Positions 1-6,215 of a DNA stretch of 32,000 nucleotides are shown in pieces. The position numbers were made by a program, and so were the translations under genes. Under the pieces are notes generated by a model that saw nothing but the letters and a program-made list of their open reading frames with translations, was not told the DNA's origin and ran no database searches. Origin of the DNA: Thermosulfurimonas dismutans (GTDB lineage Bacteria > Desulfobacterota > Thermodesulfobacteria > Thermodesulfobacteriales > Thermodesulfobacteriaceae). Numbering within the stretch: position 1 is the first letter of the stretch; each line of letters starts with the position of its first letter. The DNA is taken from contig NZ_LWLG01000017.1 of assembly GCF_001652585.1 (NCBI RefSeq), positions 13,397 to 45,396 of the forward strand, read 5' to 3'.

Positions 1-52
1 ATACTTTAGCTTCATTAATTATTTCATCTTTAAAAATTTCTTCAATTTCCAT
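1..52 (-). CDS. 5' end of a fifth cassette ORF (MEIEEIFKDEIINEAKV...), cut by the window edge
   Basis: The ATG at 52-50 lies 6 nt downstream of an AGGAGG that is fused to the attC core (GTTAGGAGG). Strand and composition match the other cassettes. Confidence 0.4.
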   Translation of the reverse strand, partial: MEIEEIFKDEIINEAKV

Positions 53-60
53 AAAAAACC

Positions 61-121
61 TCCTAACGCCTAAACTCAGCGGCCGGCGATTATCGCCGGT
101 CCGCTGAAGAGGTTTGTTATG
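61..121 (-). repeat. attC recombination site (3' end of the NYN cassette)
   Basis: Plus strand reads tcctaacgcctaaactcagcggccggcgattatcgccggtccgctgaagaggtttgttatga. On the cassette strand it ends in GTTAGGA. The inverse core overlaps the ORF stop codon. The central GGCCGGCGA/TCGCCGGTCC stem has an unpaired base. It is near-identical to the sites at 1826 and 2719. Confidence 0.85.
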
Positions 122-992
122 ATTGCCTTTGTGATTTTTTCATTTCATCTGGAAACAAAATCTCAACTGGCATATCAATATATCCCGAAGCATTCCTTTC
201 CCAACAAAGTTTTATCTGTTTAAATTGATATTCAATATATTTATCATCACTTGCAGCTTTAGGTCCAACATATTCATTATACCTGCCAAACGTTTCCCAT
301 CTAACTTTAATATTTTCTAATTCCATTGCTCCAACTTTTTTAGAAATAAACACAAATCCATCCCAATCAATTCTTAATTGATTTAAAATTCTATCATCTG
401 CTTCAGAAAAAAGTTCTGCACATTTTTCTTTAGTAAAATCATTGATATGAAATTCTGGATAATGATATTTAAATAAATCTCTATAATCTAAAAATATAGT
501 AGCATAAGCTTCATTTCTTAGCTCTATAGGATAATCATTTTTAAGAGATACTAAAAATACTTTCACTTTTCCTCTCAATTTTTTTAAAATAGGAACAAAA
601 TCTCGATCACTAGATAATAAAATTAAAATTTCTACTTCCTTTGCGTAATCCTCTATTTTACTAGAGATAGTTGTATCAACTCCTTTTTCTGAAGAACCAG
701 GAAGATCCACTATATCAACATACACTCCTATTTCAGCTTTAAGTCTTTTTAACAATAATTCTTGCTCTTTTTCAGAAAATCTTTGACTCCTAGGACCGAA
801 TTTTTTTTTAGAACACACAAATTCAACAATTTCTGCCTTTTCCTTTACATCAAAATCAGCAAGTTTTTTATTAATGATTTCTCTTAAACTTTCTAAACTT
901 AATTGTCTAGCAATATGATTTGGTTTAATTCCTAATTCAATAACACGATTAATATAATTAGGTCCATCAACAATAATCGGTATGCCTTGCAT
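117..992 (-). CDS. NYN/LabA-like (PIN-related) predicted ribonuclease with an uncharacterised C-terminal domain; integron cassette product
   Basis: The 291 aa product carries NYN hallmarks: N-terminal IIVDGPNY (Asp/Asn), central GVDTTI, and LLSSDRDFVPILKKLRGKVKVFLV. The C-terminal ~120 aa have no motif I recognise. The stop codon lies inside the attC inverse core. Confidence 0.7.
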   Translation of the reverse strand: MQGIPIIVDGPNYINRVIELGIKPNHIARQLSLESLREIINKKLADFDVKEKAEIVEFVCSKKKFGPRSQRFSEKEQELLLKRLKAEIGVYVDIVDLPGSSEKGVDTTISSKIEDYAKEVEILILLSSDRDFVPILKKLRGKVKVFLVSLKNDYPIELRNEAYATIFLDYRDLFKYHYPEFHINDFTKEKCAELFSEADDRILNQLRIDWDGFVFISKKVGAMELENIKVRWETFGRYNEYVGPKAASDDKYIEYQFKQIKLCWERNASGYIDMPVEILFPDEMKKSQRQS

Positions 993-1008
993 ATTTTTTA
1001 CCTTTACC

Positions 1009-1069
1009 TCCTAACGGCCAAATTCACTCGCCCGCCGTATGGCGGGTCGGGTGAAAAGGTTTGTTAGAT
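1009..1069 (-). repeat. attC recombination site (diverged member of the family)
   Basis: Sequence is tcctaacggccaaattcactcgcccgccgtatggcgggtcgggtgaaaaggtttgttagat. On the cassette strand it runs ATCTAAC ... GTTAGGA. TTCACTCGCCCGCC/GGCGGGTCGGGTGAA form imperfectly paired arms. The stop codon of ORF 1064-1801 sits in the inverse core. Confidence 0.8.
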
Positions 1070-1801
1070 ATTTTTTCTAATATAAAGTATCTCACTATCA
1101 CTAATTCTAGTTTTTATGTCCTCTTCTGAATAATCCAAAAGTTCTACGCATCTGTTGTAATATATTTCATACCATTCACCAAAATATTTATGAAAATCTG
1201 TTACCATTTTATCAAAGGTCAGCTGTTCAAAATTCGGGCAGTCTTCATTACCTATAACTACTTTTGCTCCACCCAACATAATTCCTTGTTGAGTAAAACC
1301 GATAAGGTGCCCACAAAAATATTTAAGGGATGTAACCTGCATTGAACAGTTATCTTCTTTTTTCTTCGGAGAAGCAAAAGCCGTATGAGCGAAAATTTTA
1401 TGTCTATATCTTCTATATTTTTTTATCGCATCTTCTCTCTGTTTTAAGATCTTTTTGTTTACTTCATCGCCAATCTTGTCATGCATATTCTTATATTCTT
1501 TTTTTAAAATATCTGTTAAATTTAAAGCAAAAACAATAAAGGAACCGATACGCCATATTTCTCTTGCTATGAAGGACTCTAATTTAGATTCTTTGACCCC
1601 AATAGCAGGAAATTTTTCTATTAATTTTTTGTTCATCTTAATATCACTTTTATAAGAATTATAAATTTCCAATAATATTCTTAAAATACTATCAATTGAA
1701 GAAAGTATATCTATTGAGGGAATAGTCATTATATAATTTTGAGAATTTCTTCTTAAAGATAGTACTAAATATGGCAAAGAACGAAATGAGTATTCTAACA
1801 T
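1064..1801 (-). CDS. HEPN-like protein (AbiU2-style R-x-K-x-x-A-H motif); integron cassette product
   Basis: The 245 aa, largely helical protein contains YRRYRHKIFAHTA, giving R133-x5-H139 with K at +2 and A at +5. This is the spacing of RNKxxAH-type HEPN RNase motifs. No other family signature was recognised. Confidence 0.5.
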   Translation of the reverse strand: MLEYSFRSLPYLVLSLRRNSQNYIMTIPSIDILSSIDSILRILLEIYNSYKSDIKMNKKLIEKFPAIGVKESKLESFIAREIWRIGSFIVFALNLTDILKKEYKNMHDKIGDEVNKKILKQREDAIKKYRRYRHKIFAHTAFASPKKKEDNCSMQVTSLKYFCGHLIGFTQQGIMLGGAKVVIGNEDCPNFEQLTFDKMVTDFHKYFGEWYEIYYNRCVELLDYSEEDIKTRISDSEILYIRKNI

Positions 1802-1825
1802 TATCCCTTCCTTTTTAGATTTATC

Positions 1826-1886
1826 ATCTAACGCCTAAACTCAGCAGCCGGCGTATACGCCGGTCCGCTGGAGCGAATTGTTAGAT
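1826..1886 (-). repeat. attC recombination site
   Basis: Sequence is atctaacgcctaaactcagcagccggcgtatacgccggtccgctggagcgaattgttagat. On the cassette strand it runs ATCTAAC ... GTTAGAT (a perfect GTTRRRY). Confidence 0.85.
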
Positions 1887-2059
1887 TATTTTCATTTTCC
1901 TGTTCTTTTTCAGAAAAAACGTCCATTATCTTCTTGTTCTCTTCCTTTTAAACCTAAAATCCTGCGAAGCAGTATTCAATTTCTTTTTTATCCTGATTCG
2001 CCCGACTCTTGAAGTGTATTTCTTACCGATTTATGCAATCAATTCTACGGACCGATCTC

Positions 2060-2707
2060 TCAATTTCTCCTTTTTGCAGAGCTGATTATTGAATTAATAT
2101 AATCGTTGATCTCTTTAATTCTTGACCCAAGTATAATATTATAGCCCTTTAGTCTTTTATCCCATACTCTTTTTGCTAAGCGAACAAAATGTAAAAAATC
2201 ATTTTTCATATCTTCTTGAAACTCTTCATCAATTATGACTCCAGAAACAGGACCAGTACCTGTGATCCGTTCTGTAAATGATTCTTTTTTATATGCAGTT
2301 TTCATATCTAAATCGTATCTTACTCCTATACCCAGCTTATCTATCTTCTGGATCCTTTCAAAAGTTTGTTTGGTACATATTCTATATTTGCCATTCGCTC
2401 TTTCTTTGCATTCTGCAATAATTTTACTTAAATTGTGACTGCATTTTCTTGCTACTATATATGCCTCTTTAGCGGTTTCGTCTTTTTTAGATAATCCTAT
2501 CAGTATTGCTTTTAATATGCACTCGAGTGCCATTCTGAGCATAATGAACTGTTTAGTCATAATAGACATGTTGTGAACAGGGAAACTTTGACTGTGATGA
2601 TATAGAGCAATCCAATCAGCTGCATCTCTGAAGAAATGGCCAAATAAAACAGCTTTTACATGTGACTCTAAGGAAAACCGTTTGCCAATCTTTTTTAATG
2701 TAGTCAT
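2060..2707 (-). CDS. Helical protein with a weak classical-HEPN-like signature; integron cassette product
   Basis: The 215 aa product contains LRMALECILKAILIGL...ARKCSHNLSKII, which resembles the a-x-e-x-aLKAlL ... tHdL-x-x-L pattern of HEPN domains. The spacing is R-x3-H, which is not canonical. The ORF stops 173 nt before its attC. Confidence 0.35.
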   Translation of the reverse strand: MTTLKKIGKRFSLESHVKAVLFGHFFRDAADWIALYHHSQSFPVHNMSIMTKQFIMLRMALECILKAILIGLSKKDETAKEAYIVARKCSHNLSKIIAECKERANGKYRICTKQTFERIQKIDKLGIGVRYDLDMKTAYKKESFTERITGTGPVSGVIIDEEFQEDMKNDFLHFVRLAKRVWDKRLKGYNIILGSRIKEINDYINSIISSAKRRN

Positions 2708-2718
2708 TTATTTATCGT

Positions 2719-2777
2719 GTCTAACGCCAAACTCAGCGGCGCCATGTAATGGCGTCCGCTGAAGAGATTTGTTAGGT
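2719..2777 (-). repeat. attC recombination site
   Basis: Sequence is gtctaacgccaaactcagcggcgccatgtaatggcgtccgctgaagagatttgttaggt. On the cassette strand it runs ACCTAAC ... GTTAGAC. The CTTCAGC arm against GCTGAG leaves an extra T, the kind of extrahelical base expected in attC. The TAA stop of ORF 2772-3614 lies in the inverse core. Confidence 0.85.
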
Positions 2778-3614
2778 CTTTTCATTAATAATCCTATTTG
2801 CAAAATAATTATCAAAAAAGTTTAAAAAGTCTCGAAGTCCCAAAATAATAGAATTAAGTAGTTTCTCTACCTCAAATCTGTCTTGAATTATTGTAACTAA
2901 GTAATGGTCTCCTCGTTCATAAAAAGAAATATCAATAGAACCAACATGAGTAACATAATCTCTTATATCGCGAACAATAAAAAACCATTCCATGTGATTT
3001 TTTATGTATTGTTTCATAGTATCATCTGAAATTTCTCCCGATCTATGTTTATCTTTGCAAATATATTTTATATAATCAGAAAAACTACAGAATTGACGAG
3101 AACTAGGACCATACAAGAAATGGAGCATAGTAGCAATTGAATCCATAATACTTCTTACATTAAATAAAAGACCAGCGATCTCTGATTTTAATGCATAAAC
3201 TTGGTCACCTATATTAAATGAAGGCTGTCCTGTTCTTGGAAGTATTTTCCGAGTTTTTTGGTAATAAACTTGGATGTCTTTAATTATTTTTTGTATCCTT
3301 TCAATATTCAAAGTTAAAGAATAAAGCTTATCAGCTATGTATTTAAAGTTAAATACATAATATTGTCCTGCTAAAAAATATTGTCGAATATATCCATTTT
3401 TAGTTTCTATATAATATCCTATATGATGAAATCTTTCCCAATATCTAGTCTTTAAAATAGCTTTTCTAAGTTGTGGAAAAGGATCTTTTAAAGCAGGTAT
3501 TGTATAACTAACTAGTTTACCCCGGGAGGGAGATAAGCTTACTCTGTAAGTATTCCTTAATCTTTCTTGTATTTTCTCTTGCGCTTGTTTAGTTTTTATA
3601 ATTTCAAAACGCAT
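2772..3614 (-). CDS. Hypothetical protein with a C-terminal HEPN-type R-x4-H motif; first (attI-proximal) cassette
   Basis: The 280 aa product contains FFIVRDIRDYVTHVGS (R218-x4-H223) in a helical C-terminal region. It lies immediately downstream of the attI core and the candidate Pc promoter. Confidence 0.4.
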   Translation of the reverse strand: MRFEIIKTKQAQEKIQERLRNTYRVSLSPSRGKLVSYTIPALKDPFPQLRKAILKTRYWERFHHIGYYIETKNGYIRQYFLAGQYYVFNFKYIADKLYSLTLNIERIQKIIKDIQVYYQKTRKILPRTGQPSFNIGDQVYALKSEIAGLLFNVRSIMDSIATMLHFLYGPSSRQFCSFSDYIKYICKDKHRSGEISDDTMKQYIKNHMEWFFIVRDIRDYVTHVGSIDISFYERGDHYLVTIIQDRFEVEKLLNSIILGLRDFLNFFDNYFANRIINEKT

Positions 3615-3679
3615 TTTTATTTATCTAACATTACTTTTATACTTTCTTAGATTTAAAGCCTATTGCCAATATTTTTGGA

Positions 3680-3709
3680 ATGATAGCTTTTTACAATAAA
3701 AAATGTCAA
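3680..3709 (-). promoter_or_regulatory. Candidate cassette promoter Pc
   Basis: The minus strand reads TTGACA (3709-3704), an 18 nt spacer, then TATCAT (3685-3680). It points into the cassette array about 65 nt upstream of the first cassette ATG. Confidence 0.45.
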
Positions 3710-3826
3710 ACATTAAGATTAAATCTTATTACGAATCTCTTGAGATAATAGAGGATAAAAATGTTTATTTTTATTTTTATGTCTTAAAATTTCTTAAAAT
3801 CTAACTTTCTGGATAATACACAAAAT

Positions 3827-3855
3827 TTGCCTAATTTTGCAAAGTAAAATAAGAT
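3827..3855 (+). promoter_or_regulatory. Candidate intI promoter
   Basis: TTGCCT, a 17 nt spacer, then TAAGAT, about 40 nt upstream of the ATG at 3895. Both hexamers are weak. Confidence 0.25.
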
Positions 3856-3894
3856 GGCTTGCAGATAATATCTTTGCTGGCAAAAAGGATCAAA

Positions 3895-4962
3895 ATGGAA
3901 TCGCAAGAAAAGTTGATGGAAAAATTTGGGGCCTTTCTCAAGAAGGTGGAAAAGCGAGAAAGGGTGGTCCCCTTCATGGTGCGGTGGGTGGTGCAGGCCC
4001 TGCAGGAATATGAACTGCCCCCCGGACAAAAGTTAGCCCCCGCTCAGAAAAAACAATTTCTCTTTAAATTATCCCAAAAATACGAGCCTTGGCAAGTAGA
4101 ACAGGCTGATCGGGCCTTAAAGCTATATGAGTATTTCCTGAACACCTTATCCCAAAAATCTCCGACAGAGAGGACAGAGGCCGAATGGGCGGAGGCCTTG
4201 GAGAAGGCCAGAGAGGTCCTCAGGCGCAAACGGTACTCCTACCGCACCGAAAAATCTTACCTTGACTGGATAAGATGCCTGGCCGAATATCTGGACTACA
4301 AATCACCGGAAGAAGTTTCCGGCGAGGATTTTCAGGATTTTCTCACCCATCTTGCCGTGGAAAGAAACGTAGCCCCTTCCACCCAGAATCAGGCTTTAAA
4401 TGCCCTGGTGTTCTTTTATCGCCATGTGCTCGAAAAAGAAATTGATCCCTATATTGAGGCCGTAAAGGCCCGGGAGAGAAGAAGGCTTCCGGTGGTGCTA
4501 AGCCGGGAAGAGGTGGAGGCCGTGCTCTCGGTCTCGGAACTTGAGGAAACCTATTATCTAATCTGTGCCCTCATGTATGGAGGGGGCTTGAGAGTAAGTG
4601 AGACGGTAAGACTCCGGGTAAAAGATCTGGATTTTGAACGAGGCTTGATCACGGTATTTTCCGGCAAGGGAGACAAAGACCGGGTAACCGTAGATCCGCG
4701 GACTGAGACCGTGCGTCGGCATCACATCCATCCCAGTGCGGTGCAACGGGCCTTCAAGAAGGCGCTACGGAAGGCCAGAGTGGAAAAACCCGCTACGGTG
4801 CATTCCCTGCGGCACAGCTTCGCTACCCACCTCCTTGAGGACGGCTACGATATTCGTACCATTCAGGAACTTCTGGGGCACAAGAGTCTGAGCACCACTA
4901 TGATTTACACTCATATCGTGGGACGGCGGGTCACCGGGGTGGTGAGTCCGCTTGACCGCTAA
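3895..4962 (+). CDS. intI: Integron integrase IntI (tyrosine recombinase) with an N-terminal extension and an apparent in-frame loss of the IntI-specific additional domain
   Basis: IntI-type motifs are present: YSYRTEKSYLDWIRC, APSTQNQALNALVFFY, LRVSETVRLRVKDLDFERG, VRRHHIHPSAVQRAFKKA, HSLRHSFATHLLEDGYDIRTIQELLGH and TMIYTH. The ATG at 3895 (AAAGGA RBS) is preferred over the TTG at 3859. GKGDKDRVT is followed directly by VDPRTETVRRHH, whereas IntI1 has about 60 residues between these two blocks. Confidence 0.8.
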   Translation: MESQEKLMEKFGAFLKKVEKRERVVPFMVRWVVQALQEYELPPGQKLAPAQKKQFLFKLSQKYEPWQVEQADRALKLYEYFLNTLSQKSPTERTEAEWAEALEKAREVLRRKRYSYRTEKSYLDWIRCLAEYLDYKSPEEVSGEDFQDFLTHLAVERNVAPSTQNQALNALVFFYRHVLEKEIDPYIEAVKARERRRLPVVLSREEVEAVLSVSELEETYYLICALMYGGGLRVSETVRLRVKDLDFERGLITVFSGKGDKDRVTVDPRTETVRRHHIHPSAVQRAFKKALRKARVEKPATVHSLRHSFATHLLEDGYDIRTIQELLGHKSLSTTMIYTHIVGRRVTGVVSPLDR

Positions 4963-4978
4963 TTTAAAGGAGAAAAGT

Positions 4979-5305
4979 ATGCGTATACTAGCCACGATTC
5001 TGATGGTGATCGGGTATCTTTTAATAGGGGCCCATTTTCTGCGGGCTGGGCATTCGTTGGTGGCCCTGGGGCTTGCCTTTGCGCCGGCTCTTCTCTTTCT
5101 CAAACACCGGATGGTGCGCCTGATCCTTTCCGCAGGCCTGGGGCTGGCCCTTATTGAATGGGGCCGGACTTTCGTTTTCCTGAAACGGATCTATGAGGCT
5201 CACGGCCTTCCTTTCAGCAAGTCTGGTTTCATCCTGGGAGGAGTAATGGCCGTTACCTTTCTGGCCGTAGCCCTCAACCTGCGGGAGGATCTGCGGAACA
5301 AATGA
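4979..5305 (+). CDS. Small integral membrane protein (3-4 predicted TM helices), function unknown
   Basis: The ATG at 4979 follows an AAAGGAG RBS. The sequence is hydrophobic (ILATILMVIGYLLIGA..., LVALGLAFAPALLFL..., GFILGGVMAVTFLAVAL). Its stop overlaps the ATG of the downstream ABC remnant (ATGA). Confidence 0.5.
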   Translation: MRILATILMVIGYLLIGAHFLRAGHSLVALGLAFAPALLFLKHRMVRLILSAGLGLALIEWGRTFVFLKRIYEAHGLPFSKSGFILGGVMAVTFLAVALNLREDLRNK

Positions 5306-5576
5306 TCCGGGTCCGCCATCTGCACTATCGTTACCCGGAAGGAACTCGGGAGGCCCTTTCCGGGATCTCGCTTACGGTAAATCCGGGAGAGGTGCTGCTT
5401 CTTTCCGTCCTCTGCTGACTTATTCCTTCACAGGCCGGAGGTGAGTTTTCCGGAGAGGTGAAGGTTCTGGGGCGAAAGGCTCCCTTTTCTCCCGCGGAGG
5501 TCTTTCCCGAGGTGGCCTTCGGGCTTGAAAACCTGGGGTATCCGGAAAGGGAACTCGAAAATAAACTAAGCATCAA
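5302..5576 (+). pseudogene. Degraded ABC-transporter ATPase (EcfA/CbiO-like) remnant
   Basis: MIRVRHLHYRYPEGTREALSGISLTVNPGEVLLL matches an ABC ATPase N-terminus, but the frame stops before a Walker A motif. A second frame continues with GEVKVLGRKA...EVAFGLENLGYPERELE. The Walker A and Q-loop regions, and everything after about residue 100, are missing. Confidence 0.6.
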
Positions 5577-5899
5577 CCCAAGCTATCGCCAACAAAAGTG
5601 GCGGATAGTCGTCTACTCCCAACTTTAAGCTCAAATGCAAACGCAGGGACATGAACTATAAGGGAGTAAAGAGCATCCTTTAGTAAACGCGAATCGGCCT
5701 CTACAGAAAGAAAAACGCCTAGAGGTAAGGAAAGAGACGAATTGGCAGCAGAAGAAACAAAACCTGTAAGACGGGTCTTGAAACCATCTGCTATTTCCAC
5801 TAATTCAAACTCGGGCATACGAACCTTTCCTACTACCTGCTTAGTATCCTTGTCTATTATATCAATAACCATATAAAAGGCCTCAAAGGATTCAAGCAC
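5573..5899 (-). CDS. Hypothetical protein (orphan ORF, no motif recognised)
   Basis: This 108 aa ORF abuts the truncation point of the ABC pseudogene. It has no convincing RBS and no recognisable family signature. Confidence 0.25.
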   Translation of the reverse strand: MLESFEAFYMVIDIIDKDTKQVVGKVRMPEFELVEIADGFKTRLTGFVSSAANSSLSLPLGVFLSVEADSRLLKDALYSLIVHVPAFAFELKVGSRRLSATFVGDSLG

Positions 5900-6091
5900 T
5901 GGCTCTACCGAAGGCTTCCTTTTTTCCAGGTGGTTTATCCAGAAAGCTTGGCAAAGGAAATAGAAGAGGATCTTTCTTTTTTCCTAAGTAAGCTAAAGAA
6001 AGATGATCTCCAATGATTTAATTGCCTATATCAAACAAATCCTTTCGGACACCTAAATTAAGGCGGAGGACTGAAACCCTTGATCCTCAAG

Positions 6092-6164
6092 TGGGCCGGG
6101 CAGGATTCGAACCTGCGACTCCTGGCTTAAAAGGCCAGTACTCTGCCAGCTGAGTTACCGGCCC
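6092..6164 (-). tRNA. tRNA-Lys: tRNA-Lys (anticodon UUU)
   Basis: The minus strand folds as a 73 nt cloverleaf: GGGCCGG TA ACTC AGCTGGCA GAGT A CTGGC CTTTTAA GCCAG GAGTC GCAGG TTCGAAT CCTGC CCGGCCC A. The anticodon loop is CU-UUU-AA. CCA is not encoded. Confidence 0.9.
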
Positions 6165-6215
6165 GGTTATGGGCTTAAATTACCCTTGAACTCCAGGGCT
6201 GTCAAGAATTATTAA

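Larger units (their letters stand above)
3615..3860 (-). other. attI region, with the crossover core GTTAGAT at 3623-3629 on the cassette strand
   Basis: This AT-rich non-coding segment lies between the first cassette and intI. GTTAGAT sits 8 nt upstream of the first cassette ATG, in the same context as the attC R' sites of the other cassettes. A second GTTAGAT at 3799-3805 is an alternative or secondary site. Confidence 0.55.
1..4962. mobile_element. Integron: intI (+), attI/Pc region, and a minus-strand array of at least 4 complete cassettes that continues past the left window edge
   Basis: There are four related ~60 bp imperfect palindromes with GTTRRRY / RYYYAAC-type ends, spaced 817-948 bp apart. 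Each follows one ORF on the same strand. A divergent IntI-like tyrosine recombinase lies adjacent. The cassette block is strongly AT-rich, whereas the attC sites and flanking genome are GC-rich. Confidence 0.85.

Noticed and set aside
1342-2438. Short plus-strand ORFs inside cassettes (1342-1539, 1455-1655, 2235-2438)
   Set aside because: They are antisense to the cassette ORFs in very AT-rich DNA. Their Phe/Leu/Ile/Ser-rich translations are typical of frame artefacts.
61-2777. Regularly spaced ~60 bp repeats that could be mistaken for a CRISPR array or REP elements
   Set aside because: The spacing is 817-948 bp and each interval contains a full ORF. The repeats are imperfect palindromes with GTTRRRY/RYYYAAC ends next to an IntI gene. 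They are attC sites, not CRISPR repeats.
3799-3805. A second GTTAGAT (minus strand) as the attI crossover point
   Set aside because: It lies 185 nt from the first cassette ATG and upstream of the candidate Pc. The copy at 3623-3629 sits in the same position relative to the ORF start as the R' sites of other cassettes. It is retained only as a possible secondary site.
3784-4029. An 81 aa minus-strand ORF overlapping the intI start and the attI region
   Set aside because: It is antisense to the well-supported intI N-terminus, has a His/Pro/Phe-rich nonsense-like sequence, and does not sit in a cassette context (no attC).
5331-5576. An 81 aa minus-strand ORF over the ABC remnant
   Set aside because: The plus strand here translates to recognisable ABC ATPase segments (N-terminal strand and EVAFGLENLG). 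The minus ORF is a shadow frame.
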